Source: an uncultured bacterium
GTDB taxonomy: Bacteria > Eisenbacteria > RBG-16-71-46
Direction of reading: 5' to 3'
Assembly (NCBI GenBank): GCA_964434945.1
Contig: CAYSWZ010000037.1
Coordinates: 13,049-77,048 of the forward strand
Length of the DNA stretch: 64,000 nt
Below, piece after piece: positions 27,319-35,956 of this stretch. Made by a program: the position numbers and the translations under genes. Numbering within the stretch: the first letter of the stretch is position 1; each line of letters starts with the position of its first letter. Below the pieces are notes generated by a model. It made no database searches. It was not told where the DNA came from and worked only from the letters and a program-made list of their open reading frames with translations.

Positions 27319-28989
27319 ATGATCGAGCGGACGGGTCAGGAGCGTTCCGCCCCGGCGGCGACGGCGGCCGGACCGGCGCTCGTCGGCGATTCAGCCGCGA
27401 GCGTCACCCGGAACGTCGGAAAGGTGAGCGCCGCCACGTTCCTGTCGCGCGTGCTCGGCCTGCTGCGCGACCAGGTGTTCGCGGCGCTGTTCGGGGCGGG
27501 CACGGCCGCGGACGCGTTCAACATGGCGTTCCGTGTCCCGAATCTCCTCCGCGACCTGTTCGCGGAGGGCGCGATGAGCGCGTCGTTCGTGCCGACGTTC
27601 ACGCAGTGGCGGGAGCGGGAGGGGGACGAGGCCGCCTGGGGGCTCGGGCGCCAGCTGATGGCCACGCTGTTCACGGTCCTGCTCGGCCTGTGCGCGCTCG
27701 GCTGGGTGTTCGCGCCCCAGTTGATCGGCCTGCTCGCCGGCGGCTTTGGCGCCGTGCCCGGAAAGCTCGAGCTGACGGTCACGCTCACCCGCATCATGCT
27801 CCCTTTCCTGCCCGCCGTGGCGCTGGCGGCGGCGGCCATGGGCATGCTGAACGCTCGGGGCGTGTTCTTCCTGCCGGCGCTCGCGCCCGCGCTCCTCAAC
27901 CTGGGCATGATCGTGTTCGGCCTGGCGCTCATCCCCGTGTGTCGCGCGGTCGGCCTGCCCATCATCACCGCGATGGCATTCGGCGTGCTGCTGGGTGGCG
28001 TGCTGCAGTTCGCCTGCCAGCTGCCGTCGCTCCACCGGATCGGGTTCCGGCTGCGGCCGGAGATTCCCAACTGGCACCCGGGCGTGCGGCGCGTCGCCGC
28101 GCTCATGCTCCCGGCCACGGTCGGGCTGGCCGCGACCCAGCTCAACATCTTCGTCAGCCAGGCCATCGCCGCCAGCTTTCGCGAGGGCAGCGTGTCGTGG
28201 CTCCAGTACGCGTTCCGCCTGATGCAGCTGCCGATCGGCCTGTTCGGCGTGGCGGTGGGGACGGTGAGCCTGCCGGCGCTGTCGCGTGCCGCGGTGCGCC
28301 GGGACCTGCCGGCGGTCCGCGCGACGCTGTCCGAGTCGGTGCGGCTCGTGCTCCTCCTGACGGTGCCGTCGGCGCTGTTCCTCGCCGTCATGGCGCGGCC
28401 GATCCTGGCGCTCCTCTTCCAGCACGGCCGGTTCCACGCCGCCGACACCATCGCCACGGGTGACGCCCTGGTCATGTACTGCGTCGGCCTGCCGGCGTTC
28501 GCCGCGGTTGGAGTCTTCACGCGCGCGTTCTACGCGCTCGGCGACACGCGCACCCCGGTGCGCGCCACGTTCGTGGCGGTGGGAGTGAACCTGGTGCTCA
28601 ACCTGCTGTTCGTGGGCCCGCTCCGGGGCCTCGGCCTCGCGCACCGCGGGCTCGCGCTCGCCACCTCGGCGACGGCGCTCATGAACCTCGCCCAGCTGTC
28701 GTTCGCGCTGCGCGCGCGCCTCGGGGGCATCGACGGCCGCCGCATGTCGGGCTCGCTCGTGCGCATCCTCGCCGCGAGTGCCGCGACGGCGGCACTGCTC
28801 GCGCTGGCGCTGCGCGCGCTCGGAGACATCACCGCGCGCGGCGTGCTGTTCCGCGCGGGCGTGGTGGCGGGCGGCGGGCTCGTGTCGCTCGGCGTGCTGC
28901 TGCTCGGCCTGCGACTCCTGCGTGTGGGCGAGCTCGCGATGGTCGCGGAACTCGGCCGCTCGCTGCGCGGCCGCTTCGGGCGGAATTAG
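27319..28989 (+). CDS. murJ: Lipid II flippase MurJ (MviN)
   Basis: SRVLGLLRD, AFRVPNLLRDLFAEGA, RLMQLPIGLFG, FYALGDTRTP; multi-TM. Confidence 0.93.
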   Translation: MIERTGQERSAPAATAAGPALVGDSAASVTRNVGKVSAATFLSRVLGLLRDQVFAALFGAGTAADAFNMAFRVPNLLRDLFAEGAMSASFVPTFTQWREREGDEAAWGLGRQLMATLFTVLLGLCALGWVFAPQLIGLLAGGFGAVPGKLELTVTLTRIMLPFLPAVALAAAAMGMLNARGVFFLPALAPALLNLGMIVFGLALIPVCRAVGLPIITAMAFGVLLGGVLQFACQLPSLHRIGFRLRPEIPNWHPGVRRVAALMLPATVGLAATQLNIFVSQAIAASFREGSVSWLQYAFRLMQLPIGLFGVAVGTVSLPALSRAAVRRDLPAVRATLSESVRLVLLLTVPSALFLAVMARPILALLFQHGRFHAADTIATGDALVMYCVGLPAFAAVGVFTRAFYALGDTRTPVRATFVAVGVNLVLNLLFVGPLRGLGLAHRGLALATSATALMNLAQLSFALRARLGGIDGRRMSGSLVRILAASAATAALLALALRALGDITARGVLFRAGVVAGGGLVSLGVLLLGLRLLRVGELAMVAELGRSLRGRFGRN

Positions 28990-30149
28990 AGCAGACGACC
29001 CCGTCCCCGCCAGAGTCGCGGAAAGACCGCGAATGCGCGCAGGCGTCCCGGGCGCCAGGCCGCCGACAGGAGTTCGAACGCGAGCCAGCCGCCGTAGGCC
29101 CAGCACATGGCCCCGCGCGAGTCCGGCACCGCGAACTGCACGCCCCAGAACAACAGCAGCCCGAGCGCTTCGTACGCGTGGAAGACGAAGTTCGCGAGCA
29201 GCACCACGCCGAGCGCACCCTGCAGGAGCGTCAGCAGCACCTCGGTGCGATGCGGCCCGAGCGGCACGCTGGTCGGGGCCCCGATCGACCACGAGTACAC
29301 GATCGGGATCATCGCCGCGAGCACCGTCCACTGGTTGATGTTGCTCGAGGCCATGTTCATGAGCGCCATGCCGCCCTTGCCCCGGCTGCGCGCCCAGTAG
29401 GACGTGGTGACGAACTCGGGAAACTCCGACAGGAACGGCGCCACCCACTGGACGAACACGAACTGCGAGACGCCGGCGACGGTCGCGAGCCCGATCATGC
29501 TCTTCAGGAACGGATGCGCAGTGAGATAGAGCATGGCGCCGCCGACCAGGAACAGTCCCACCACGCTGAGCGGCCGCCAGGGCGAGGGCAGCGCCATCAC
29601 CGCGCGCGGGACGGCGCCGGCATCCTCGACCTCCTCGTGTTCCTTGGGTGGGATGCGCTGCAGCACCCAGAGATAGGCCGCGTAGATGCAGAGCAGCACA
29701 CCGGAATCCACGAGCCCGAGCGTGCCCTTCCACACGATCCACGCGAAGTAGACGAGCGCCGGGGTCAGTCCCACGATCTCGACGGCGTGCTCGGGGTCGA
29801 GCGCGATCGGCCGCCACAACTGCTCCTCGCCGCGCCCGCGCCGCGCGATCACGCTCACCACCCAGATCGCGGGCCAGCCGAGCCCGGTGAGGAGCCGCAG
29901 CGCACCGGTGAAATTGGCGGTCATGAGCGGCACGTTCTGGTGCCACGCGATCACCGCTTCGACCGCGAACTCGGGCAGGACCTGGATCCACGCCAGCAGC
30001 GCCAGGGCGAGGCCCTGGGAAATGTAGAACTGGGCGCACTCCGCGCCCCACGCGACGACGAACGACGACAGCAGGATGGTGGGGAACGTCCACAACGCCG
30101 AGTGCGCCACGCGGCGCACTTCCTCGGGCGGGAGATCGCTGCCGATCAT
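28986..30149 (-). CDS. Na+/Ca2+ exchanger-like cation antiporter
   Basis: Two alpha-repeat-like motifs (VLPEFAV...ANFTG; SEFPEF...ASSNINQ); about 10 TM segments. Confidence 0.7.
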   Translation of the reverse strand: MIGSDLPPEEVRRVAHSALWTFPTILLSSFVVAWGAECAQFYISQGLALALLAWIQVLPEFAVEAVIAWHQNVPLMTANFTGALRLLTGLGWPAIWVVSVIARRGRGEEQLWRPIALDPEHAVEIVGLTPALVYFAWIVWKGTLGLVDSGVLLCIYAAYLWVLQRIPPKEHEEVEDAGAVPRAVMALPSPWRPLSVVGLFLVGGAMLYLTAHPFLKSMIGLATVAGVSQFVFVQWVAPFLSEFPEFVTTSYWARSRGKGGMALMNMASSNINQWTVLAAMIPIVYSWSIGAPTSVPLGPHRTEVLLTLLQGALGVVLLANFVFHAYEALGLLLFWGVQFAVPDSRGAMCWAYGGWLAFELLSAAWRPGRLRAFAVFPRLWRGRGRLL

Positions 30150-30224
30150 GAGTCCCTTCGGAGGGCTGGGAGGTGCGCGCGCGGCTTGCGGGCGCAGTCG
30201 ACGAGCCGATACTGTCCCGCGTCC

Positions 30225-30902
30225 ATGACAGCGTCAAGAACACGCCGCCCGGTCCGCGTGCGCGTCGCTCGGACGCGACCGCTCGCCGCCGGCACGCGCG
30301 CCCTGTGCGCATTCGCGGCCGCGATGACGCGCGGGAACGAGCCCGAGGCCCGGGTCGCGCTGGCTGCAGCGCGCACCGCGGGTGTGCGCCGCAGGGCGGC
30401 GGAGGAGACGGCGCTCATGCTCATGTTGTACGCCGGGTATCCGAGCGCGCTCGAGAGCCTGCGCGTGCTGAACACGGCGTGGCCGGGCCGCGCACTCCGG
30501 ACGCGCGAGGGCGGGACGGCGCGCTGGCGGGCGCGCGGCGAGGCGTTGTGCCGCGAGGTCTACGGCACCGCATACGGCAAGCTCCTGCCGGCGGTGCGTG
30601 CGCTGCATCCCGATCTCGCGGTGTGGATGGTGGAGCACGGCTATGGCCGCGTGCTGGCGCGGAAGGGTCTCGCCGTCGTCGAGCGCGAACTCGTCACCGT
30701 TGCCGCGCTGGCGTCGCTGGGCTGGGAGCGCCAGCTGGTGAGCCACGTGCTCGGGGCCCTGAGGGTGGGCGCGGGTGAGGTCGCGACGCACGCCGCGCTC
30801 GAGGTGGGGGCGGGCCTCGCCGACGCGCGCGGCCGAGGCATCGCGTCGCGCACGTGGCGGCGCGCGGTCCGGGCGAACGCCGCGCTCGGCGCCGGCCGCT
30901 GA
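30225..30902 (+). CDS. Carboxymuconolactone decarboxylase/AhpD-like protein (tandem CMD domains)
   Basis: EETALMLMLYAGYP, YGRVLAR...ERELVTVAALA...SHVLGALRVG. No CxxC. Confidence 0.75.
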   Translation: MTASRTRRPVRVRVARTRPLAAGTRALCAFAAAMTRGNEPEARVALAAARTAGVRRRAAEETALMLMLYAGYPSALESLRVLNTAWPGRALRTREGGTARWRARGEALCREVYGTAYGKLLPAVRALHPDLAVWMVEHGYGRVLARKGLAVVERELVTVAALASLGWERQLVSHVLGALRVGAGEVATHAALEVGAGLADARGRGIASRTWRRAVRANAALGAGR

Positions 30903-30966
30903 GGCGGGAGATCGCCGGAGCCCGTTTCGAGCCGCCCGGCCGCTTCGCGCATCCAAACCGGGCACT

Positions 30967-30996
30967 TTGACCGTCCGCTCCCCGGCCCACTAGGAT
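30967..30996 (+). promoter_or_regulatory. Putative sigma70 promoter of the bsh operon
   Basis: TTGACC-N18-TAGGAT in the short gap before bshC. Confidence 0.5.
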
Positions 30997-31006
30997 GTCC
31001 GCTCGC

Positions 31007-31075
31007 ATGTCCCTGTCCTGCCGTGACTTCCACCATCGGTGCCATCCGACCTGCCGGTCGGGGCGATGTCGGTGA
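31007..31075 (+). CDS. Candidate Cys-rich leader peptide (MSLSCRDFHHRCHPTCRSGRCR)
   Basis: ATG 10 nt after the -10 box. 4 Cys codons in 22. Its TGA overlaps an in-frame GTG of bshC (GTGA). Not in the ORF track because it is short. Confidence 0.35.
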   Translation: MSLSCRDFHHRCHPTCRSGRCR

Positions 31076-32685
31076 CCCCGCGCGTGCTCGCCGTTCGCGC
31101 ACGGGTCGCGGCCACCGCCAACCGCGGCCCCCTGGGCGACACGCTCTCGCTCGACCTCCTGGCGGGCGGCCCCATCGCGCGCGAGCGCGTGCCCGTCCAG
31201 TGGCGGGACACCGCGCGGCTCCGTGCGCTCGCCGAGGCGAAGCGGGCGCCGCTTCCGGCCGCACTCGCGGGCGAGCTCACGGCCTACCACCGCCGACTCG
31301 GCGCCTCGCCCGCGTCGCTCGCCAACCTTGCGCGGCTCGCCCGCGGTGACGCGGTCGCGACCGTCGCGGGTCAACAGCCCGCACCGCTCGGTGGACCGCT
31401 CTACTCGCTCCACAAGACGGCCGGCGCGGTAGGGATGGCGGCGGACGTTTCGCGGCGCACGGGGGCCGCGTGCGTGCCGCTCTTCTGGATGCACGGCGAG
31501 GACTCCGATTTCGCCGAGATCCGCGGCGTGACCGTGGCGGACATGGAGCTGATGCTGCACGAGTCGCAGCTGCCGGACGACGCGCACTCGGACGGAGAGC
31601 TGGTGGGCGGGATCCGACTCGACGCCGTGCGCGAGACGGGAGCGCGGGCGATCGAGAAGTGGCGCGGGCTGCCCGGCCATGCCGGCGTGCAGGCGCTGTG
31701 GACCCGCTCGCTCGCGCAGGCGCAGGACCTGGGCGAGGCGATGAGCGCGCTCTGGCTCACGCTGTTCGCCGAGCAGGGCCTGGTGGTGGTGGATCCGCGG
31801 CTCCCCGCGTTCCGCGCCGCGGCACGGCCCATCGTCGAGCGCTACCTCGCGGGTGCGGACGGACTTCACGCCGCCGCGCGCGCCGCGGGCGCGCGCATGG
31901 AAGCGCTCACCGGCCGGCGCGCGCTCGCCGATGCGGCGCTCGACTCGTTCGTGTTCGAGGTGCGCGACGGCCGCCGCTACAAAGTCTCGGCGGCCGATGC
32001 GCTCGCGCGCGGCGCGTCGGCGGTGCTCTCCCCGAGCGTGGCGCTGCGGGCCGCCGTCCAGGATGGCGTGTTCCCGACCGTGGCCATGGCCTGCGGGCCC
32101 GGCGAGATCGCGTACCTGATGCAGCTCACGGAAGTGTTCGCGGGCGTGGGCGTGAAGCAGGCCGCGCCGGCGCTCCGCTTCGGGGCCACCTGGCTGCCTC
32201 CGGCGGCGGTCGCGCTGGCGGACGCCGCCGGGGGCGATGCGTGGGACGTGGTGACCCACACCGATGCCGTACTGGCGCGCGTCGCGGAGACGCGCGTCCC
32301 GACCGAGTTGCAGCAGGCGCTCGCCGCGGCGCGCGCCGCGGTGGACCAGTCCCTGGCGCGGCTCGCGGACGCCTCGCGCCCGTTCGATGCGAGCCTGCCG
32401 CAGATGGTCGAATCGGCGCGCGGGAAGATGGACTTCCAGGTGTCGCGGCTCGCCGAGGGCGTGCTCGGGAAGGCGCGCGGCCAGCTGGACCGCGAGCAGC
32501 CGCTGTGGCGCCGATTGCGCTACGTGCTGCTGCCGGGTGACAAGCTTCAGGAGCGCCGCCTCGCGTCGCTCGAGCCCGTGGCCCGCCTCGGGACGGGCGT
32601 GGTGACGGAACTGTGCGATCTCGCCGCCGAGCACGCGGCTCGAACGGCGGATGGCGTGCACGAACATCACCTGCTGGAGGCCTGA
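31066..32685 (+). CDS. bshC: Bacillithiol biosynthesis cysteine-adding enzyme BshC
   Basis: AGQQP...GGPLYSLHK, PLFWMHGEDSDFAEI, GPGEIAY, LQER. Start uncertain (GTG 31039, ATG 31066 or GTG 31072). Confidence 0.85.
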   Translation: MSVTPRVLAVRARVAATANRGPLGDTLSLDLLAGGPIARERVPVQWRDTARLRALAEAKRAPLPAALAGELTAYHRRLGASPASLANLARLARGDAVATVAGQQPAPLGGPLYSLHKTAGAVGMAADVSRRTGAACVPLFWMHGEDSDFAEIRGVTVADMELMLHESQLPDDAHSDGELVGGIRLDAVRETGARAIEKWRGLPGHAGVQALWTRSLAQAQDLGEAMSALWLTLFAEQGLVVVDPRLPAFRAAARPIVERYLAGADGLHAAARAAGARMEALTGRRALADAALDSFVFEVRDGRRYKVSAADALARGASAVLSPSVALRAAVQDGVFPTVAMACGPGEIAYLMQLTEVFAGVGVKQAAPALRFGATWLPPAAVALADAAGGDAWDVVTHTDAVLARVAETRVPTELQQALAAARAAVDQSLARLADASRPFDASLPQMVESARGKMDFQVSRLAEGVLGKARGQLDREQPLWRRLRYVLLPGDKLQERRLASLEPVARLGTGVVTELCDLAAEHAARTADGVHEHHLLEA

Positions 32686-32763
32686 TGCCGCTCGTGATGG
32701 CGTGCGCGTGATGGCACGCACGAGAGGTCGCTCGTGACTGCACGCTCGAGAACCGACCGGTGA
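32682..32763 (+). repeat. Degenerate 26-nt tandem repeat forming three stop/start-coupled mini-ORFs
   Basis: TGA at 32683, 32709, 32735 and 32761. Units 2 and 3 share GTGA-nn-GCACGC-n-CGAGA (16/26 identical). Confidence 0.55.
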
Positions 32764-33485
32764 CTCCACTCGACGCGCTGTGCTTCGGGGCGCATCCGGA
32801 CGACGTCGAGCTCACGTCGGGCGGGCTTGCCGCGCGGCTCGCGGCGCACGGGCACGCGGTCGGGATCGTCGACCTCACGCGCGGCGAGCTCGGCACGCGG
32901 GGTGACGTGGCCACGCGCGCGCGCGAGGCCGAGGCCGCGGCGCAGGCGCTCGGTGTTGCGGCGCGCATGACCCTCGCGCTGCCGGACGGCGGGCTCGACC
33001 GCCGCGACCCGGCCCAGATGAAGACGGTGGTCGAGTGCCTGCGCGAGCACCGCCCGCGGCTGGTGATCGCCCCCGACCGCCACGACGAGCACCCGGACCA
33101 CGTCGAGGCCTCCCACCTCGTGGCGCGCGCGTGCTACCTCGCCGGCCTCGCGCGCTACCCGGCCGCGGGCGAGCGCTTCCGCCCCGGCCGGCTGCTGTTC
33201 GCGCTCTATCGCTCGGGCACGGCGCCGCACCTGGTCGTGGACGTGAGTGCGGTGTGGCCGCGGCGCGTGGCGGCGCTCCGCGCGCACGCGAGCCAGTTGG
33301 ATCCGGGGGCCGGGCCGGGCACGTACCTCACCGCCGCCGGATTCGTGGAATCGGTCGAGGCGCGCGCGCGCGCATGGGGCGCACTGGCGGGGGTGGAGTA
33401 CGCCGAGGGCTATCGCGTGCGCGGACCCCTGCCCGTCCTCGATGCGCGCACGCTGCTCGCCGCACGCGGGAGCGACCATGGTTGA
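32760..33485 (+). CDS. bshB1: N-acetylglucosaminyl-malate deacetylase BshB1
   Basis: GAHPDDVEL, DLTRGELGTRG, DRHDEHPDH, YAEG (PIG-L family). Lies between bshC and bshA. Confidence 0.88.
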   Translation: MTPLDALCFGAHPDDVELTSGGLAARLAAHGHAVGIVDLTRGELGTRGDVATRAREAEAAAQALGVAARMTLALPDGGLDRRDPAQMKTVVECLREHRPRLVIAPDRHDEHPDHVEASHLVARACYLAGLARYPAAGERFRPGRLLFALYRSGTAPHLVVDVSAVWPRRVAALRAHASQLDPGAGPGTYLTAAGFVESVEARARAWGALAGVEYAEGYRVRGPLPVLDARTLLAARGSDHG

Positions 33486-34692
33486 GCGGAAGCCGGCGCG
33501 ATCGCGCACCGAGTCCCGGCCGCGGCGCCCCGCCGCCGCGGGGAGGGTCGCGCCCCCGGCACGCGGCCGGGCCGGCAAGAAGCTCAAGATCGGCATCAGC
33601 TGCTACGCGCACTTCGGCGGCAGCGGCGTGGTGGCGTCCGAGCTCGGGCGCGAGCTGGCGCGGCGCGGTCACGAGGTCCACCTCATCGCCAGCCACCTGC
33701 CGTTTCGGTTGCGGAGCTTCGAGCCCAACATCTTCTTTCACGAGGCGACGCCGGCCGCCTACCCGGTGTTCGAGGAGGCGCCGAGCAACCTCGCGCTCGC
33801 CACCAAGATGGTCGAGGTGACCGAGAACTACATGCTGGACGTGCTGCACGTGCACTACGCGATGCCGTTCGCGACCAGCGCCTACCTGGCGAAGCAGATC
33901 ATGCTGCCGCGCGCGCTCGGCGTGGTCACGACGCTTCACGGCACGGACATCACCGTGCTCGGCGCGGAGCCCTCGTTCTTCCGGATCACCCAGTTCAGCA
34001 TGCAGTCCAGCGACCGGCTGACCGCCGTGTCCCGCTTCCTCAAGGAGCGCGCCGAGGCCACGTTCGGGTTCACCCGGCCGATCGAGGTGATCTACAACTT
34101 CGTGGATCCGCACGTCTTCGCACCCAAGCGCGACAGCCGCATCCGCCTCGCGGCCCCTGGGACGAAGGTCCTCATGCATGCTTCCAACTTTCGTCCGGTC
34201 AAGAACATACCGGTCGTTATTCAAGTATTTGCCGAAGTTCGGAAGCAGCTTCAGGCCAAGCTGGTGATGGTCGGGGACGGTCCGGAGAAGGCGGCCTCGG
34301 AGCAGCTCGCCCGCGAACTGGGGGTGCACCGGGACGTTCTCTTCCTCGGAAACCAGGACTGCATGGAGGAAATGCTGCCACTTGCCGATGTATTCCTCCT
34401 GCCGAGCTCCTCCGAGAGCTTCGGCCTCGTGGCGCTTGAAGCCATGAGTGCCGAGGTGCCGGTCGTCTGCTCCAATGCGGGTGGCCTGCCGGAGGTGGTC
34501 GAGCACGGGTTCACGGGTTTCCTGCACGAGCCGGCCCACGTGGCCGGCTACACGGCGTCGGTGCTCAAGCTGCTCACGAACGACACGCTCCGGCGTACCA
34601 TGGGCCGCCGTGGGCGGCGGGTGGCGATGGAGCGCTTCAGCGCCGAGGAGATGGTCGAACGTTACGTTAAGGTGTACGAGTCCCTGCGGTGA
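33478..34692 (+). CDS. bshA: N-acetyl-alpha-D-glucosaminyl L-malate synthase BshA
   Basis: IGISCY...GGSGVVASELG, HVHYAMP, TTLHGTDIT, SNFRPVK, ESFGLVALEAM. Confidence 0.92.
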   Translation: MVERKPARSRTESRPRRPAAAGRVAPPARGRAGKKLKIGISCYAHFGGSGVVASELGRELARRGHEVHLIASHLPFRLRSFEPNIFFHEATPAAYPVFEEAPSNLALATKMVEVTENYMLDVLHVHYAMPFATSAYLAKQIMLPRALGVVTTLHGTDITVLGAEPSFFRITQFSMQSSDRLTAVSRFLKERAEATFGFTRPIEVIYNFVDPHVFAPKRDSRIRLAAPGTKVLMHASNFRPVKNIPVVIQVFAEVRKQLQAKLVMVGDGPEKAASEQLARELGVHRDVLFLGNQDCMEEMLPLADVFLLPSSSESFGLVALEAMSAEVPVVCSNAGGLPEVVEHGFTGFLHEPAHVAGYTASVLKLLTNDTLRRTMGRRGRRVAMERFSAEEMVERYVKVYESLR

Positions 34693-34776
34693 TGGCGGAG
34701 CGCCGCTCGCCGCGGGTGTCAACGTCAGCCGACCGGCGGGCATGCCGGCGGACCCAGTAGCGGAACGAGGGACCCG

Positions 34777-35859
34777 ATGCTCGGGAAGAAGCGACGCGTG
34801 GTGATCATGGCGGAGGGAAGCTTCACGCCCCTCGATGCCAAGACCGCGCTGGGAGTGATCCGGTATCGCCCCGGCGAGGTCGTGGCGGTGATCGATTCCG
34901 TGCGTGCGGGGCGGACGAGCGAGGACTGCGTCGGCGTGGGCGGCGACATCCCGGTCGTGGCGGGCCTGGAGGGCGCGGCCCGCCACGACCCGGATTCGCT
35001 GCTGCTCGGCACCGCGCCGCAGGGCGGCGGGCTGCCGGAGTCGTGGCGGCACGTCGTGGCCGAGGCGCTCATGCGCGGCTGGGACGTGCTGTCGGGACTG
35101 CACGTGTTCCTGAACGACGATCCCGAGCTGGCCGCGCTCGCCCGCTCCAAGGGATGCACGATGTACGACGTCCGGCGGCCCCCGGCATCGCGGGCTATCG
35201 CGGCGCGCCGCGTGGCGAATACCGATGCCCTCGTCGTACTCACGGTCGGCAGCGACTGCAACGTCGGCAAGATGACCACCGCGTTGGAGGTGAACGCCGA
35301 GCTCCAGAGCCGGGGTGCGCGCTCCGCGTTCGTGGCCACCGGGCAGACCGGGATCCTGATCGCCGACCGCGGCGCCGCGGTGGACGCCGTGCCTGCGGAT
35401 TTCGTCGCCGGCGTTGTGGAGAAGCTCGTGCTCGAGGCCGCACGCGAGGCCGACATCGTCCTCGTCGAGGGGCAGGGTGCGATCCACCATCCGGCCTACT
35501 CGGGGGTGACGCTGTCGCTCATGCACGGCGCCTGCCCGGAAGCGCTCATCCTCTGCCACGAGGCCGGCCGCACGCACTTGAAGCTGGCGGACGCGGGGCC
35601 CACGCCGCGCCTCCGCTCGCTGTCCGAGATCATCCGCGACAACGAGCGCGCGGCGGGATGGATCCGTCCCGCGCCGGTGCTGGCGCTGTCCCTCAACACC
35701 ATGATGATGGACGATCTCGAGGCCCGGCGCGCGCTCGAGAATGCGACGCAACTCACCCGGCTGCCGGCGGTGGACCCGGTGCGCTTCGGCACCGAGGTGG
35801 TGGCCACCGAACTCCTGCGCCGGCTCGACGCACGCAAGCGCCGGGCCTCGAACGAGTAG
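34777..35859 (+). CDS. DUF1611 family protein (DgcN-like N-acetyltransferase with P-loop domain)
   Basis: AKTALGVIRY, SGLH, VGSDCNVGKMTT, ATGQTG, DAVPADF, EGQG, HPAYSGV. Confidence 0.85.
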   Translation: MLGKKRRVVIMAEGSFTPLDAKTALGVIRYRPGEVVAVIDSVRAGRTSEDCVGVGGDIPVVAGLEGAARHDPDSLLLGTAPQGGGLPESWRHVVAEALMRGWDVLSGLHVFLNDDPELAALARSKGCTMYDVRRPPASRAIAARRVANTDALVVLTVGSDCNVGKMTTALEVNAELQSRGARSAFVATGQTGILIADRGAAVDAVPADFVAGVVEKLVLEAAREADIVLVEGQGAIHHPAYSGVTLSLMHGACPEALILCHEAGRTHLKLADAGPTPRLRSLSEIIRDNERAAGWIRPAPVLALSLNTMMMDDLEARRALENATQLTRLPAVDPVRFGTEVVATELLRRLDARKRRASNE

Positions 35860-35956
35860 GAATCCGCCGGACGGCGTAAGCTCGGCCCGGCGGGAGGCCG
35901 GCCACGCGACAGCGGCCGGGATCGATCGTCTCACCCATCCGCGAGGCTCCGTCCCG

